From an uncultured bacterium (lineage in GTDB: Bacteria > Patescibacteriota > Gracilibacteria > BD1-5 > UBA6164), in assembly GCA_963922865.1 (NCBI GenBank), contig CAWUJK010000003.1, forward strand, positions 1,947-65,946: 64,000 nucleotides of DNA, given 5' to 3'. Positions within the stretch are counted from its first letter, which is position 1. Every line of letters starts with the position of its first letter. Below, piece by piece: positions 12,795 to 25,836 of the stretch. The notes beneath the pieces are model-generated. The model was not told the DNA's origin. It saw nothing but the letters and a program-made list of their open reading frames with translations, and searched no databases. Made by a program: the position numbers and the translations under genes.

Positions 12795-14597
12795 ATGCTA
12801 AGAACTCATAAATGTGATGAACTATCCAAAAAAAATATTTGAGAAAAAGTAACCCTATCAGGTTGGGTAAGTAATAGAAGAGATCATTGATGAATAATTT
12901 TTATAGACCTAAGAGATAGATATTGATTAACTCAAATCGTTTTTGATCCAGTAGATAATAAAGAAACACATAAAATAGCAGATAGCTTTAGAAGTGAATT
13001 TGTTATAAAAGCTATATGAACAGTAAGAGCAAGACCAGAATGACAGGCTAATCCAAATATGCGTACATGAGAAATAGAAATAATTATTGATAATTCAGTA
13101 GAACTTTTATCCAAATCAAAAACACCCCCATTTGAAATTGATTGACACGGTGAACTAGCTTGAGAAGAGATAAGATATAAACATAGATATATTGATTTGA
13201 GAAGACCAAAAGCGCTAGAAAACATTAAATTTAGATCAAAGTTTTTAAATCTTACAAGAAACTGGTTTTTAAATAGAGAATTTTTAGATGTACAAACACC
13301 AATATTTACAGTTAGCTCACCAGAATGAGCAAGAGATTTTGTTATACCATCTAGATTACACCCAGGTAAATTTTATGCCCTACCACAAGCACCACAGCAA
13401 TATAAACAGTTATTAATGGTATGAGCAATAGATAAGTATTTTCAAATAGCACCATGTTTTAGAGATGAAGACCCTAGAGCTGATAGACACGCGTGTGAAT
13501 TTTATCAAATAGATTGTGAAATGTCATTTGTGCAACAAGAAGATATTTTCAAATTAGTAGAAGATTATTTTTTTCATATAATACCAGAGCTTAGCACAAA
13601 AAAAATCATGGATAATAAGTTTTATAGCATGAGTTTTAAACAATCAATGGAAACATACGGTGTAGATAAACCAGATTTAAGATATGATATGAAACTAATA
13701 GATGTAGCATCTATTTTTGCTAAATCAACAAATGAAATATTTTCAAAAATAGCCAATGACACACAAAACAATAGAATAAAAGCATTAAAAGTTCAAAAAT
13801 GAGATGAAATATTTTCTAAATCACAAATGAAAAATTTTGAGAAATATGTTAGACAATTCTGAGCACAATGACTTGGTTATTTTCAAATGACAGAAGAATG
13901 ACTCAAATGACCATTAAATAAGTTTTTTTCTCAAGAAGACCTAAAAGAAATAATAAAAACAACCCAACTTGAAATTGGAGATGTAGTATTTTTTTGAGCC
14001 TGAGATAAACAAACAGTGCTCAACTATATGTGAAAATTTAGGATACATCTAGCAGAGTTAATTGACGAAATAAAATCTTGACAATTTATAGACAAGAACA
14101 TGTTATCGCTTTGCTGGATAACTGATTTCCCAATGTTTGAAGAAAATGAAATAACAAAAAAAATAGATTTTTGACATAACCCTTTTTCTATGCCAAAATG
14201 ATGAATCAAAGAATTTGAAAAAGAAAATTTACTAGAAATAAATTCAGTACAATACGATTTAGCATGTAATTGATTTGAGATATTATCATGATCAATTAGA
14301 AATCATGATATAGATTCTTTAGTTAAAGCTTTTGAAAAAGTAGGTAGAACAGAAGAAGAAGTTAAAGAAAAATTTTGAGCAATGTATGAAGCATTTCAAT
14401 ATTGAGTACCACCACACTGATGATTTGCAATATGAATGGATAGACTAATAATGATATTAAAAGATGAAGACAATATAAGAGAAATTTATGCTTTTCCTAA
14501 ATCAGGAAAAGCTCAAGATGCTATGATGAACGCTCCAGCAATAATAGAAGAAAATCAATTAAAAGAATTAAGTATAGAAACAACACAAGAAAATTAA
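12795..14597 (+). CDS. aspS: aspartyl-tRNA synthetase, bacterial type (600 aa)
   Basis: Class II motifs are present: [35 protein letters not shown] and GGFAIGMDRLIM. It joins track ORF 13521..13802 in the same frame. Confidence 0.95.
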
Positions 14598-14601
14598 AAA
14601 A

Positions 14602-14635
14602 ATAAGTCAAAACATTTGTTTTGACTTATTTTTTT
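14602..14635 (+). terminator. intrinsic terminator after aspS
   Basis: The 13-bp stem ataagtcaaaaca/tgttttgacttat is followed by a T6 run. Confidence 0.8.
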
Positions 14636-14710
14636 AAAAGTTATACTATTATAATAGTAATAAAATATAATATTGCCATATTGATTTAATATATTAATTT
14701 TATTTGTTAT

Positions 14711-15493
14711 ATGAAAGAACTCATAACAAAAATCCAAAAATTATATACATTTTTTCCTTTAAATAATGTTATGTCAAAATCTTTGAAAGATTTTTTGGAT
14801 GTTAAATATAATTATAATTCTAATGCTATTGAATGAACTACTCTTACAGAAAAAGAAACAAGCTTAGTTTTGAAATGAGAAACAATTCCAAGACATAGTT
14901 TGATAGAACATTTTGAAGTTATAAACCATAAAAACGCTTTTAATTTTATATTCGAGTTAACAAACTGATTCAAATATTCCCCAAAAAAATTTGGAGAAAT
15001 ATTTACTGAAAAAAATATATTAAAAATACATAGCTTTATTTTAACAAATATAAATAATGATTTTGCTTGAGTATATAGAAGACAAAATGTAAGAGTAGCT
15101 TTTTCTAACACTATTTTTCCAAGATATGAAAAAGTAGCTACTTTGATGAAGAGTTTTTTTAAAGAAATATTAGAAAAATATGAGAAAATTGATATAGAAA
15201 ATAAATTAGATGTTTTAAAGTTTTGATATGATATACATTTAAAGTTCGTAAAAATACATCCATTTGTTGATTGAAATGGTAGAACGGCTAGATTAATAAT
15301 GAATTTATGGTATTTATATTCATTAAATAATTTAAACATAATATATTTTAAAAATAGAAAAGAATACATTGAAGCTTTAGAAGATTCGCAGAAAAATATC
15401 CAAAAATATTATGATTTTATGAATAAAAACTTTTTACAATTTAAAAACGAGGAATTAAAATTAATTGAAAATAAAGAAATTTATAAATATTAA
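14711..15493 (+). CDS. Fic domain protein (class II, N-terminal inhibitory helix)
   Basis: The Fic motif HPFVDGNGRTARL is present. An upstream SNAIEG matches the (S/T)xxxE(G/N) inhibitory motif. Confidence 0.85.
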
Positions 15494-15499
15494 AAAAAT

Positions 15500-16417
15500 A
15501 TGATAAGAGAACTAAAAATCTGAAAAATAAAATGGATAGATTCAGTATGAGCTAACAAAACGGAGATAGAAAACATACTTACCAAATATAATGCACATGA
15601 ACTTGACATAGAAGCTTGTATAGAATGAAACCAAAAAGCTAGAATAGATAGTTATCCTGAGTATTATTTTTTGATATTTCATTTTCCAAAATATAACCAA
15701 ATAAAAAAAACATATTCACTCAATGAATTTAATATATTTATGGATAAAGATACATTAATAACTTTTAGAGATAATCCATGAATACATATAAATAAAATAT
15801 TTGATCACTATAGTGATATCAAAATAACAACCAAAAAGAAAAACATAAAAGTAACAACATGATATATTCTTTACGAAATAACCCAAGTAATGCTTGAAAA
15901 AATGTTTAGAATAACCAAAAATATAACACTTGATATAAAAACAATTGAAACAAAAGTATTTGATTGAGATGACTCAACTAAACTAGTTAAGCAGATAATG
16001 ATACAAAAAAGAAATATAATTACCCTAAAACATATGTTTAAACCTCAAGTCTCATTATTAAAACAACTAGAAACAGTAGTTAATAAAATATATGCTTGAG
16101 AAATGGAGGTTTATTTTGAAGACCTAGAAGACAAACTTGATCAAATAGTTAGCGAAATAAATATACTAGAAGAATACATAGATTCTATAGAAGATGCTTT
16201 TAAATCAATAGTTGATATAAAAACCAATTCTGTAATTAAAATACTAACATCCTTTTCAGCATTTATGCTACCTCTCACACTTATAACAAGTTTTTATGGT
16301 ATGAATATTAACCTGGAACCATACAATAATATTAAAATAGTTTTATTTTTCTTAACTACAAGTTTATTTTTAATGTGAATTATATATATTTTTCTAAGAA
16401 AAAACTGAAGATTCTAA
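15500..16417 (+). CDS. corA: CorA-family magnesium transporter (305 aa)
   Basis: The C-terminus has two TM helices flanking the YGMN motif (FYGMNINLEP). Confidence 0.85.
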
Positions 16418-16527
16418 CTAATAAAATAAATCATAATTTAAAAACTATTAACCTTAAAATTTTAAAACTTGCCAAATCAAATAAAATCATATAATCCTTA
16501 AGATATAAAAATAATAAAAACTCAAAA

Positions 16528-17919
16528 ATGCTTTGAAAAATAACAATTATAGGTAGGCCAAATGTAGGTAAATCAAGTTTTTTTAATATGTACACATGAC
16601 ATAAAATAGCAATTATTGATGATGAATCTTGAACTACACGCGATATATCAGAATTTGAATATAGTGATAAACAAAATGATTTAAACTATATTTTATCTGA
16701 TTCATGATGACTTGATTTTGAAAATAAAAACGATGAAGTAGCCGAAGACATTATAATAAAAACAAAGCAAGCAATAAATGATTCAGATTTATTAGTTTGG
16801 CTTATAGAATATGATAAATTTACACAACTTGATGAAAAAATACTTAAACTATTAAAAAAGAAAAATTTTAATAATTATATACTGCTTGCCAATAAAGCTG
16901 ATAATGATTCAAAAATAATGGAATCTTGGAATTTATCAGGTTTATGAGAATTAGAATTTTTTCCTATATCAGTATCTCATAATTCTTGAATAAGCAAAGT
17001 AAAAAACTTTGTAGCAAAACATCTAAAAAAACTAGGATTAAATTATAAAATAGAAGATTTAGATGATAGTTTTGTAAAATTAGCAATGATAGGTAGACCA
17101 AATGTGGGGAAGAGTAGTATGATAAATTCTATTGTTGGTTTTGATAGGGTGATGGTAAAAGACTTAGCATGAACAACGCGTGATAGTATTGATACAAAAT
17201 TTCAGTATTCAAGTAAAAATGAGGTACAAAGCACAAACTTTGTTTTAATTGATACAGCTGGAATCAGAAGACTTAGTAAAGTTTGAACTAGAAATGTAGA
17301 AAACTGGTCTGTGATGAGAAGTCAAAGAGCTCTCAAAAGAGCAGATATAGTTGCTGTTGTAATAGACTGATATGAATGAGTTGTTTCTCAAGACTTATCT
17401 ATAATTAATCAAGTTTTAGAAGAAAATAAATGACTTATAATAGTTGTTAATAAATGGGATAAAGTTTTACAAAAACCTTGAATAAACAAAGAAAATATGA
17501 TGAACAGATATATTGACTATCTTCAAGAAAAAATAGAATTTATACCGTGGGTATCTGTTATATTTACTTCAGCAAAAGATAATAAAAGAGTAAATGAAAT
17601 TTTACAAAGAGCCAAAGAAATAAAACAAGAAAGACACAAAAGAGTAAAAACAGCAATATTAAATAATTTTTTAGAACAAGCTACTTATAAACATCCACCA
17701 ACTTGAAATAAAAAATCACATTCTCCGAAAATATATTATTCAACCCAAGCAGATACAAATCCACCAAAATTTGTTTTTTCAGTAAGCAACCCAGATCATT
17801 TTCATTTTTCATATAAAAGATATCTTGAAAATAGAATAAGAGACAATTTTTGATTTGAAGGTACACCTATAATTATTGAATATAGATGAAGATGAAAAAA
17901 TAAATGAAAAACTAAATAA
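16528..17919 (+). CDS. der: ribosome-associated GTPase Der/EngA (463 aa)
   Basis: There are two GTPase domains (GRPNVGKSS twice, SGTTRD/AGTTRD, NKAD/NKWD) and a KH-like C-terminus. The last 38 codons lie in the first 179-bp repeat copy. Confidence 0.95.
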
Positions 17920-17984
17920 TATATGTTTAATACATATATTTTTTATTAGCTTCATGCTCAGCATTATTTTTTCCATAATAAATT
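17806..17984. repeat. 179-bp direct repeat, copy 1 (der 3' end in use; mltG 3' end is a remnant here)
   Basis: It is base-for-base identical to 19471-19649 by my manual comparison. A further 16-nt match, taaataaaaccaatat, lies at 17991-18006 and 19670-19685. Confidence 0.9.
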
Positions 17985-18184
17985 ATTATTTAAATAAAAC
18001 CAATATCTATTTAAAATGAATTTTAGATATAGCTATGTTTAATAATAAATTAAGTTTAAAGTAGTAATAATAGAAAAGAATTGGTAGATTTATTAGACAA
18101 TATAAAAATATTAATTTTTTATTTGATTTTCATTTATCTTTAATATATAATAAACATTGTAATTTACATATAATGTAAAAAGAA

Positions 18185-18751
18185 ATGTCTAAAGATATTT
18201 TAAAATTATCAGAATCATCAAATTCTGTTTTAACATACTGAGAAATCTATTCCATAATAGAGGCAAATACGCCTTTTTATAAAAAAAGAAAAATAGACCT
18301 GTATGAAAAAAAATGAATTTTAAATAGAATAGTAAAATGATTCTACTGCCTAAATTGAAGAAAATACAATAAATTTGAATTAGTAAATAAAATGTACTCA
18401 CCAAGTTACATATCTTTGTTTTCAGCACTTTATAAGCATAAAATGATTTTTCAATTACCAGAATCTGTATTTTTAATATATACAAGAACATTTGAAAAAT
18501 ATATAGACAATACCCATATAGTATCTAAAAGATTAAAGGAAGATATACTTTTAAATATAGATGGCTTAGTTAATAAGGATAACTACACTATAGCATGTCC
18601 TGAAAGAGCTTTACTTGATACCATTTATTTTTATTGAGAAACATATATTGATAATCTTGATATGATAGACTGGGATAAAACTATTAGGCTATCTAAAATA
18701 TATAATAAAAAAACTCAAACAATAGTTAAATCCTACATTTCTAAATTGTAA
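18185..18751 (+). CDS. abiEi: AbiEi-like antitoxin / transcriptional regulator (188 aa)
   Basis: ATG 18185 to TAA 18749. It is a small protein immediately upstream of, and 4 nt from, a nucleotidyltransferase-type toxin. The motif PERALLD is typical of AbiEi C-domains. Confidence 0.6.
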
Positions 18752-18755
18752 ATAA

Positions 18756-19463
18756 ATGAATGCGATGATTAGTAAATTTTCAATAGAAAAACATAGGCAA
18801 ATAATGATTAAACTTCTTATTGCCATCTTTAAAGATGATATTTTATGAAAAAATCTAATATTTAAATGATGAACTGCACTATATTTATTTTATAGTTTAG
18901 ATAGATTTTCTACTGATCTAGATTTTGATCTTATTTTTGAAAATTTTGATAATAAGTTAATTATCTCTAAACTAAAACCAATAATGGAAAAATTTGGTAG
19001 TATCAAAGATTTAAGAATTAAAAAACACACTATTTTTTGACTATTGTCTTATTGAGAACTTGAACACAATATAAAAATTGAGATTTCTAAAAGATGAAAA
19101 AGTTGAGGATTTGAATCAAAAAATCTTTTTTGAAAAAATATATTGACTATGAAGTTATGAGATATGACAGCAAATAAATTGATTGCTCTGACTCATAGAA
19201 ATAAGCTTGCTAATAGAGATATTTATGATATATATTTTATTTTTAATAATAATTTACCAATTAATTATAAACTAATAGAAAAAAATACATGATATAAATA
19301 TAAAGACTTTATCCAAATGACAATAAATTTTTTAAAAAAATTACCAAAAAATTACAACATATTAGATTGATTAGGTTTGGTTTTATCTAATACTCAAAAA
19401 AACTTTGTAAAAAAATTGTTAATAGAGGAAACAATTTCTTACCTTTCAATTGAGCAATCATAA
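18756..19463 (+). CDS. abiEii: AbiEii/DUF1814 nucleotidyltransferase toxin (235 aa)
   Basis: The translation reads LIFKGGTALYLFYSLDRFSTDLDFD, an NTase GG...DxD core. ANRDIYDIYF lies downstream. Confidence 0.7.
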
Positions 19464-19470
19464 CTTTGAA

Positions 19471-19649
19471 TTTTCATATAAAAGATATCTTGAAAATAGA
19501 ATAAGAGACAATTTTTGATTTGAAGGTACACCTATAATTATTGAATATAGATGAAGATGAAAAAATAAATGAAAAACTAAATAATATATGTTTAATACAT
19601 ATATTTTTTATTAGCTTCATGCTCAGCATTATTTTTTCCATAATAAATT
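19471..19649. repeat. 179-bp direct repeat, copy 2 (mltG 3' end in use; der 3' end is a remnant here)
   Basis: It is identical to 17806-17984. It contains a promoterless copy of the last 38 der codons. Confidence 0.9.
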
Positions 19650-20593
19650 TTTCAAGTTTTTACATTATGTAAATAAAACCAATATTTAGTTTCTTGATGA
19701 TTTAGGGTTGAATCTATTGTTATATTATTTGGATTTGATATAGGAGTCTTGGGTAATCATAACATAGTTCTAGTATTATACTGAGATTTTTCATTGATAT
19801 ATTTTGATACTACCATCTTGCATTTTTGACTAGTTAGCTTATGTGCATAACATACTGTTATATCTGCTCAAATTTTCCATCCAGAATTTAATCTTTTTTT
19901 TAATATTCCTGCAACAATTCTCTTTTGGGAATTATTTTTTTCTTCTTTCTCAACTATACTAGCTAAATTAATTAGATCATAAATTTCATCATTTGTTAGT
20001 TTTTTTTCACTTAATATTTTTTCATAAACCTTTTTTTCAAAAGTATCAAGTTGTTTTATTACAAGCTCATTGATTTTTAATGGATATTTTAAAGAATATG
20101 TATCAGGATATAAGTATCATTCTAAACTTATAAAATCCTTATCCAAAAATTTATAAAATTTTGTTAAAGCTTCTATTTTACTATTACTATTTACATATTT
20201 TGTATATTCTCATTTTTTTATTAACCCTTTTTTATATAAATATTCATCTATATCATAAATATTCCATCATTCCAATATAGTTAAATTAATTTGCCTTTCT
20301 GCCATAGGATTTTCTAAAGAACTAATTATATTTTCTATATTAGACTCTTTTTTTATTTCAAACCTTCATACTAAAAGTTTGAAGTTTTCTTTGTTGTTTT
20401 TTATGTAGTGTTTTAAAAAATAATAATTTATATCTAGTTTATTAGCTAGATCTTTAACTGTATTTCAAGGTTTTATATCAATAATTTTTTTTGCATCAAT
20501 TAAAATATCATTTTTAAAATTATGATATGAATAAAACAAATAAGAAATTATAATAATAATCAATACACTAAGTAGCCTTGCTATATTTTTCAT
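19592..20593 (-). CDS. mltG: endolytic murein transglycosylase MltG/YceG (333 aa)
   Basis: It has an N-terminal TM segment. The motifs YLYPDTY, LASIVEKE, YNTRTMLGLPKTPISNP and NAEHEANKK are present. Confidence 0.85.
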
Positions 20594-20640
20594 TTTTAGT
20601 TTTTTATTTTCATTTTTTATCAATTATAGGCTAAAAAAAT

Positions 20641-20686
20641 ATTTAGCAAATAAAAAAGACTTCTTAGTCTTTTTTATTTGCTAAAT
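20641..20686 (-). terminator. strong intrinsic terminator (20-bp perfect stem) overlapping the last codons of the upstream gene
   Basis: The arms are atttagcaaataaaaaagac / gtcttttttatttgctaaat with a 6-nt loop. A U-run follows on the minus strand. Confidence 0.75.
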
Positions 20687-22944
20687 AAAGCAGGTGGAGA
20701 TATTTGTATATTTGGATTGTATTTTATAACTACTGGATATTTTTTTCCTGTTTTTGAATCTATTTGAACATCTCATCACTCTATTCATCTTCTTAGGTAA
20801 TTTAGATCATATTTTTGAGCTTCATCTAAACTACAGCTATTATTACTATATCAAAGATAAAATGGACATTTAGGAGTTTCTAATCTAGAACCTCATATAG
20901 TATTTTCAGAAAATAGTGAACCATTAATATATAATTGTTTTTTCAATCTATCATAATCTCAACCATTATTTGGTGAAATTTCTCACCAATTTGAATTATA
21001 ACTTATAGCTGATTTATCAGTATAAATTATTGATTTTATTTTTTCTACATTAGGATCTATGTATAAATTTCAACCATTTCATTTATCATCTTTTAACACA
21101 ATTAATCATCATAAATTCAAATTTCATTTTACATAAGCATTAGCTCATAAAATAACAATAGTCTTGTTGTCTCATAAATCTCAGTAAAAATTTTTTATTT
21201 TTTTTGTATGATTCCTATAGTCATAAAACTTTATTCTTCAATTCATCAAATCTATTCAATCTTTATCTGTTTTGATATTTTTTATTTTTTCTATAGCATT
21301 TTTTCTTATATCTTTTTTTAGACTAGATTTAGTTATTTCTCATGCTATATTTTTTACATCTTTATTATCTTGTTCATTATTCAAATCTCTTTGTTTTGAT
21401 TTATCTATATTTGTATTTCAGTAAACTTTAATTCCAAAATTATTTTGAGTATTTGTTTCTCATATACTACTTGATCTGTATAAAACAGATTTTCATTCTA
21501 TTTTATATCATATCCAAGATCTTAAATAAACATTTTTTATGTCATCAATAAATCATTTTGATCATGATTTTAATGTAAATAAACTTTTTATTTTATAATT
21601 TGTTGAATTTACAAAACCATTAACAAAACTATTCAAGCTATTTAATATACTTTTTTCTACTGGATTAATTCTAGCTTTTCAGTCAAATTCATCTTTTTTT
21701 TCTCAGTATTTTTGCAAATATATATATTTTGTAGCTTTTGAAACAAGATTATCACTTCAATATTTTGTTACATTTATACTACCAGATTGATTAGCTCATT
21801 CAACTAATCATTTATCTTGATTTCATGAGAAATTTAGATTGTATAATGGTTTAAAATTAAATTTTATATTAGATCATCACAAAACTAGATTTTGTCTATT
21901 TCATATATTTCAATTTATATCAACTTTTACATTATTTATAGTAAATTTATTTCAGTGTATGGTAGGAGAATATATTTTAAAGTTAAAAGGGTACTCTCCG
22001 TTAGATGATTTTAGAGAATCAAAATTGTTATTTTTTGTTAGTTTATTTGTATAATTTTTATCATTTGGAGTACTTAAGTATATTCAATCTCATATATTAC
22101 TATATTGGTTTCTTCTCAATTTATTTTCAACATCAAATTTAAAATCGATAGTTCTTTTTATAGCTATAGCTGGTATTATTTGATTTCAATAGATATCTTT
22201 AATTATTGCTTTTAACTCATGTACTATTCAGTTTGCTGATTTTCATGAAGTAAAGTCTATAGCTGAATTAAATTCTAGTTTTCCTAGTTTATTACTATTA
22301 GAATATACATTGTATTTATAGGTTTTTGGTAATCAAGCTATACAGTTTTCAGCTTCATCACAAACTTTATTTAATTCTAAAGAATATTCTCTATAAGATC
22401 AACTTGTCCTATCATTATCAACTTTTTTTATGTTTATATTGAATGATTTACCAGATAAATTTATATTATCCATTTTGTTTTTATTATCAAAATTTTCTAT
22501 TTTAGCTTTAAAAACTCATACTCAAGACTGATTTATTCAATAATTTATAGCAACATTAAATTTATCTATTGCCAAAACATTTCATCATAAGCTAGAAGCC
22601 TTTATTGAAGGTGGATCATCATCTCTTCTTTTACAATAAACTTTGTACTGACTTCATAAGTTAATTATCTTTGATGCGAATCTTTTATCAGGACAATTAA
22701 AATTATATCATTTGTTATAAGGTCAATACCAATCTCAAGAGTAATAACCATGATATTCGCATCTAAAACTTCATGAACTAGGTTTATTATTTGATATTGA
22801 ACTAGAGATAGCTTTTTGACCACTATTATTATTTGTAGTGTGACACGCTACATTATTTTTATTCCAACTTTTCCATAAAGCAAAGCTTTGATTTGGTAAA
22901 AACACTAAAACTATCATGACAATTAAACATATTTTTTTATTCAT
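20674..22944 (-). CDS. large secreted hypothetical protein (756 aa)
   Basis: The N-terminus MNKKICLIVMIVLVFLPNQSFA looks like a signal peptide. The N-terminal region is Cys-rich and the rest is Asn/Gly/Lys-rich. Start and stop are in the same frame under code 25. Confidence 0.7.
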
Positions 22945-23156
22945 AGTATTTTTAAATTATTTTTTATTCAATCCTATTATGTAATAGCTAAGCATATATT
23001 AATATTATCCCATAAATTTTAAAAAAAAGCAACTATTGAAATTTAAAAAGTTTTTAACATTTTTTGCTATTAAAAATAGCATTTTTTTTTGATTTTTGTT
23101 AATTAATAAATATATTATTTGTAATGTAATTTTATATAACTTAAAAAAATTGACCA

Positions 23157-23735
23157 ATGGAAGCTTTTTTAAAAAAAATTGTAGATTGAAATAAGTTTGA
23201 GTTAACTATTGATACTAAGATTTTTAGTAAAGATTTAGTATTAAAGACTTCTTATAATTTTTTAGATTTATGATATTTTTATTTTAAGATGTCTTGAAAC
23301 AATATTGTATTACAGCTTACAAAAAAATCTTGAGATAAAAGAGATTTAGAAGATATCATTTGAGATTTTTCAAGCTCTCTACTTGAGACTTATTTGAGAG
23401 ATAAACTAGAGCGTGATAATAAATCTATCAGAGAAGCTATAGTAGAAAAAGCTATTAATGGTCCTTTGGATGCTAATAATTTTGTTTCTCTTGACACTGA
23501 TAAATGACAAGAAGCTTGAGAACAAACACAGCAAAATCAAATAGACTTTGATAAAGATATAGATGAAATATTAAAAGAGATAGAAAATGATCCAGAGCTA
23601 AAAATAGACGAAGAAGAGATAGAAAAAATATTAAAAGAAATAGAAGAAGAAAGTGAAAGCGAAGCCTCAGCAAAACCTTCTATTAAAATTGATCCAAATG
23701 CTGTAAAAAATGCTAAGAAAAATTTTAAAAAATAA
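23157..23735 (+). CDS. hxsD: HxsD-like protein with acidic C-terminal extension (192 aa)
   Basis: The frame was scanned and is clean. The N-terminal ~100 aa end in SSLLETYLRDKLERD, resembling the LLNDYxLRE signature I recall for the HxsD family. It sits directly upstream of hxsB. Confidence 0.6.
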
Positions 23736-23756
23736 ATTAATATATACTAAGTATTT

Positions 23757-23954
23757 ATGGAAAAACAATATAAAATAGATGGTGATATATATAGTAATGA
23801 AATTATAAATGATGCGATTTCTAGTTTTTCTTGAGTTGCTGATATAAAATATGAAAATAATATGATTTCTATCAGTGCAAGTAATACTTCTGAAGTAGAA
23901 GAGATTTTCAATGAATTTATGAATTATTGTATACATTTAATTAATGAGATATAA
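23757..23954 (+). CDS. small HxsD-like or unknown protein (65 aa)
   Basis: The frame is clean. It ends 2 nt before the hxsB ATG. The C-terminus reads EEIFNEFMNYCIHLINEI. Confidence 0.5.
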
Positions 23955-23956
23955 AA

Positions 23957-25426
23957 ATGTTAGATATAAAAAAAATAAATAATGCAAACACTGATAAAAT
24001 ATGATTTTTTAGGTTCAAAAAATTTGATAAAAATAAGTATTTGATAACAAATGATGCTTGAAAATTTGCTTTTTTGAGTTTGAAAGATTTTGATATTTTT
24101 CTTTCTTGAGAAAAGTTAGAAAAATTAAAAAATTATGATGATTTATTAAAAAAAGGTTTTATCAAAACAGATGATTATAAAGAAAAAATGATATGAAGTG
24201 TTGCACAAAAAAATCATTTTGTATGAGTTGGTCCTACTTTACATATGATAGTCGTTACTCTTAGATGTAATCATAAATGTGAATATTGTCATGCAGCGGT
24301 TGCTCCTATGAGCGCTAAGGAGTTTGATATGAGTAAAGATACAGCTAAAAAAATTGTAGATACTATATTTTATACTAATTCTCCTGCTTTGACAATAGAG
24401 TTCCAAGGGTGAGAAGCTTTAGTTAACTACGAAGTTGTCCAATTTATAGTTGAATACTCTAAACAAAGGGCAGAGCATCTAAAAAAAGAGCTGTCTTTAG
24501 TTATGGTTTCAAATCTTACTTTGATGAGCGAAGAAAAACTGAGTTGGTTACTTGATAATGGTGTAGACGTTTGTACCAGTCTTGATTGAGATGAATTAAC
24601 TCATAATAATAATAGGACTTGATTTGATTGAAATTCTTTTGAAAAAGTTACTTATTGGATGAAAAGAGTTAACGAGGAAAAACAAAAAAGAAATATGTGA
24701 AAAGTTTGAGCCCTTTTAACTGTTACTAAAAAAACTATTCCAAATTATAAAAAAATAATAGATTCTTATATAAAATTGGGTCTTGATTGAATATTTCTTA
24801 GATGGTTAAATCCTTATGGTTTTGCAGCTGCTCAGTTGGATAAACTAGCTTATGAGTCAGATGATTGGATAGATTTTTATAAAAAATCTCTTGATTATAT
24901 TATAGAAATAAATAAAAAATGAACTTTTTTCAAAGAGAGTATAACTTCTGTTTATTTAATGAAGATTTTTAATCCTGTAGATCCGGGTTTTATGGACATA
25001 AGAAGTCCTAGTTGAATAGCTATTTGAGGTGTGGCATATAATTATGATTGAAAAATATACGCTTCTGATGAATCAAGGATGCTTGCTAGGATGTGAGATG
25101 ATGCGTTTTTAATGAGTGATTGAAGCTGAACTCCAGAAGAGAGTTATAGAGAAATGATAAATAGTGATGTAACCAAAGCTTCTGTGCAATCTAGTTGTTT
25201 AGATTGACTTCCTTGATACAATGAGCATGTCTATAAGCCTTATATTGGTGTTGATATCATTCATAATTATAAAGTTGCCTGAAGTTTGTTTAACCCTATA
25301 AAAAAGGATGAAAAGATGAAAATACAAATAGCTATACTTGATTATATATTTGAAAAACTTCAGGATAGTGAAGTTGAGAAAATTTTTATGAGTTGGATAG
25401 CTTGAAAAAATTGAGAAAATGATTAG
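23957..25426 (+). CDS. hxsB: radical SAM maturase, HxsB-like (489 aa)
   Basis: The whole frame was scanned. The triad is CNHKCEYC and the SAM motif is EFQGGEA (second G = TGA). The long C-terminal domain and the position next to the HxS-repeat peptides match the His-Xaa-Ser system architecture. Confidence 0.8.
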
Positions 25427-25444
25427 TATATAATATATAGATAT

Positions 25445-25795
25445 ATGCCGCATAAAAAAAAGAAAATTTTTCCAAAAATTAAAAAGAAATTAAAATGATT
25501 TTTAACTGATGAGAGTTGAAAAATTAGTAAAAAAGATGCATTGGGTTTAGCTGCTGGGAGTGTTTTATTGTGAGGTGCTGGAGAGGTATGAGCTCGAAAT
25601 TATTGAAATCATATAAGTGGTTGATTTAATCTACAAAGTGGTCACCTAAATGCATCTGCTTCTGCTATTTGTAATCATGCTAGTTGACTAATTAATGGGC
25701 ACTATAGTGTTACTCCTAGTGGAACTGCTAAAATTTCTGGACATGCTAGTCATGGTAGTCATGGTAGTCATGGTAGTCATGGTAGTAGGTGGTAG
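25445..25795 (+). CDS. hxsA: His-Xaa-Ser repeat precursor peptide 1 (116 aa)
   Basis: I translated it codon by codon. It has a Lys-rich leader. The core contains HIS, HAS, HYS, HAS and four HGS triplets, and ends HGSHGSHGSHGSRW. Confidence 0.85.
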
Positions 25796-25836
25796 TATAT
25801 CTTATTAGAACATTGTAATATCTTAATTTTGTTTAT

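Larger units (their letters stand above)
17985..19470 (+). mobile_element. inserted AbiE toxin-antitoxin cassette bounded by the 179-bp direct repeats (no recombinase visible)
   Basis: The segment sits exactly between two copies of the convergent der/mltG junction and contains only abiEi and abiEii. Confidence 0.5.

Noticed and set aside
17985-19470. Searched for an integrase, transposase or tRNA attachment site associated with the AbiE insertion. I did the same around the 60329 and 63131 elements.
   Set aside because: I could identify no ORF with recombinase-like motifs in or next to these segments, so I do not call them IS elements or integrative elements.
23066-23090. A small hairpin (gctatt/aatagc) followed by a T9 run in the intergenic region upstream of hxsD, considered as a possible terminator.
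   Set aside because: The stem is only 6 bp and AT-rich. No upstream plus-strand gene is available for it to terminate. It is indistinguishable from background in this AT-rich DNA.
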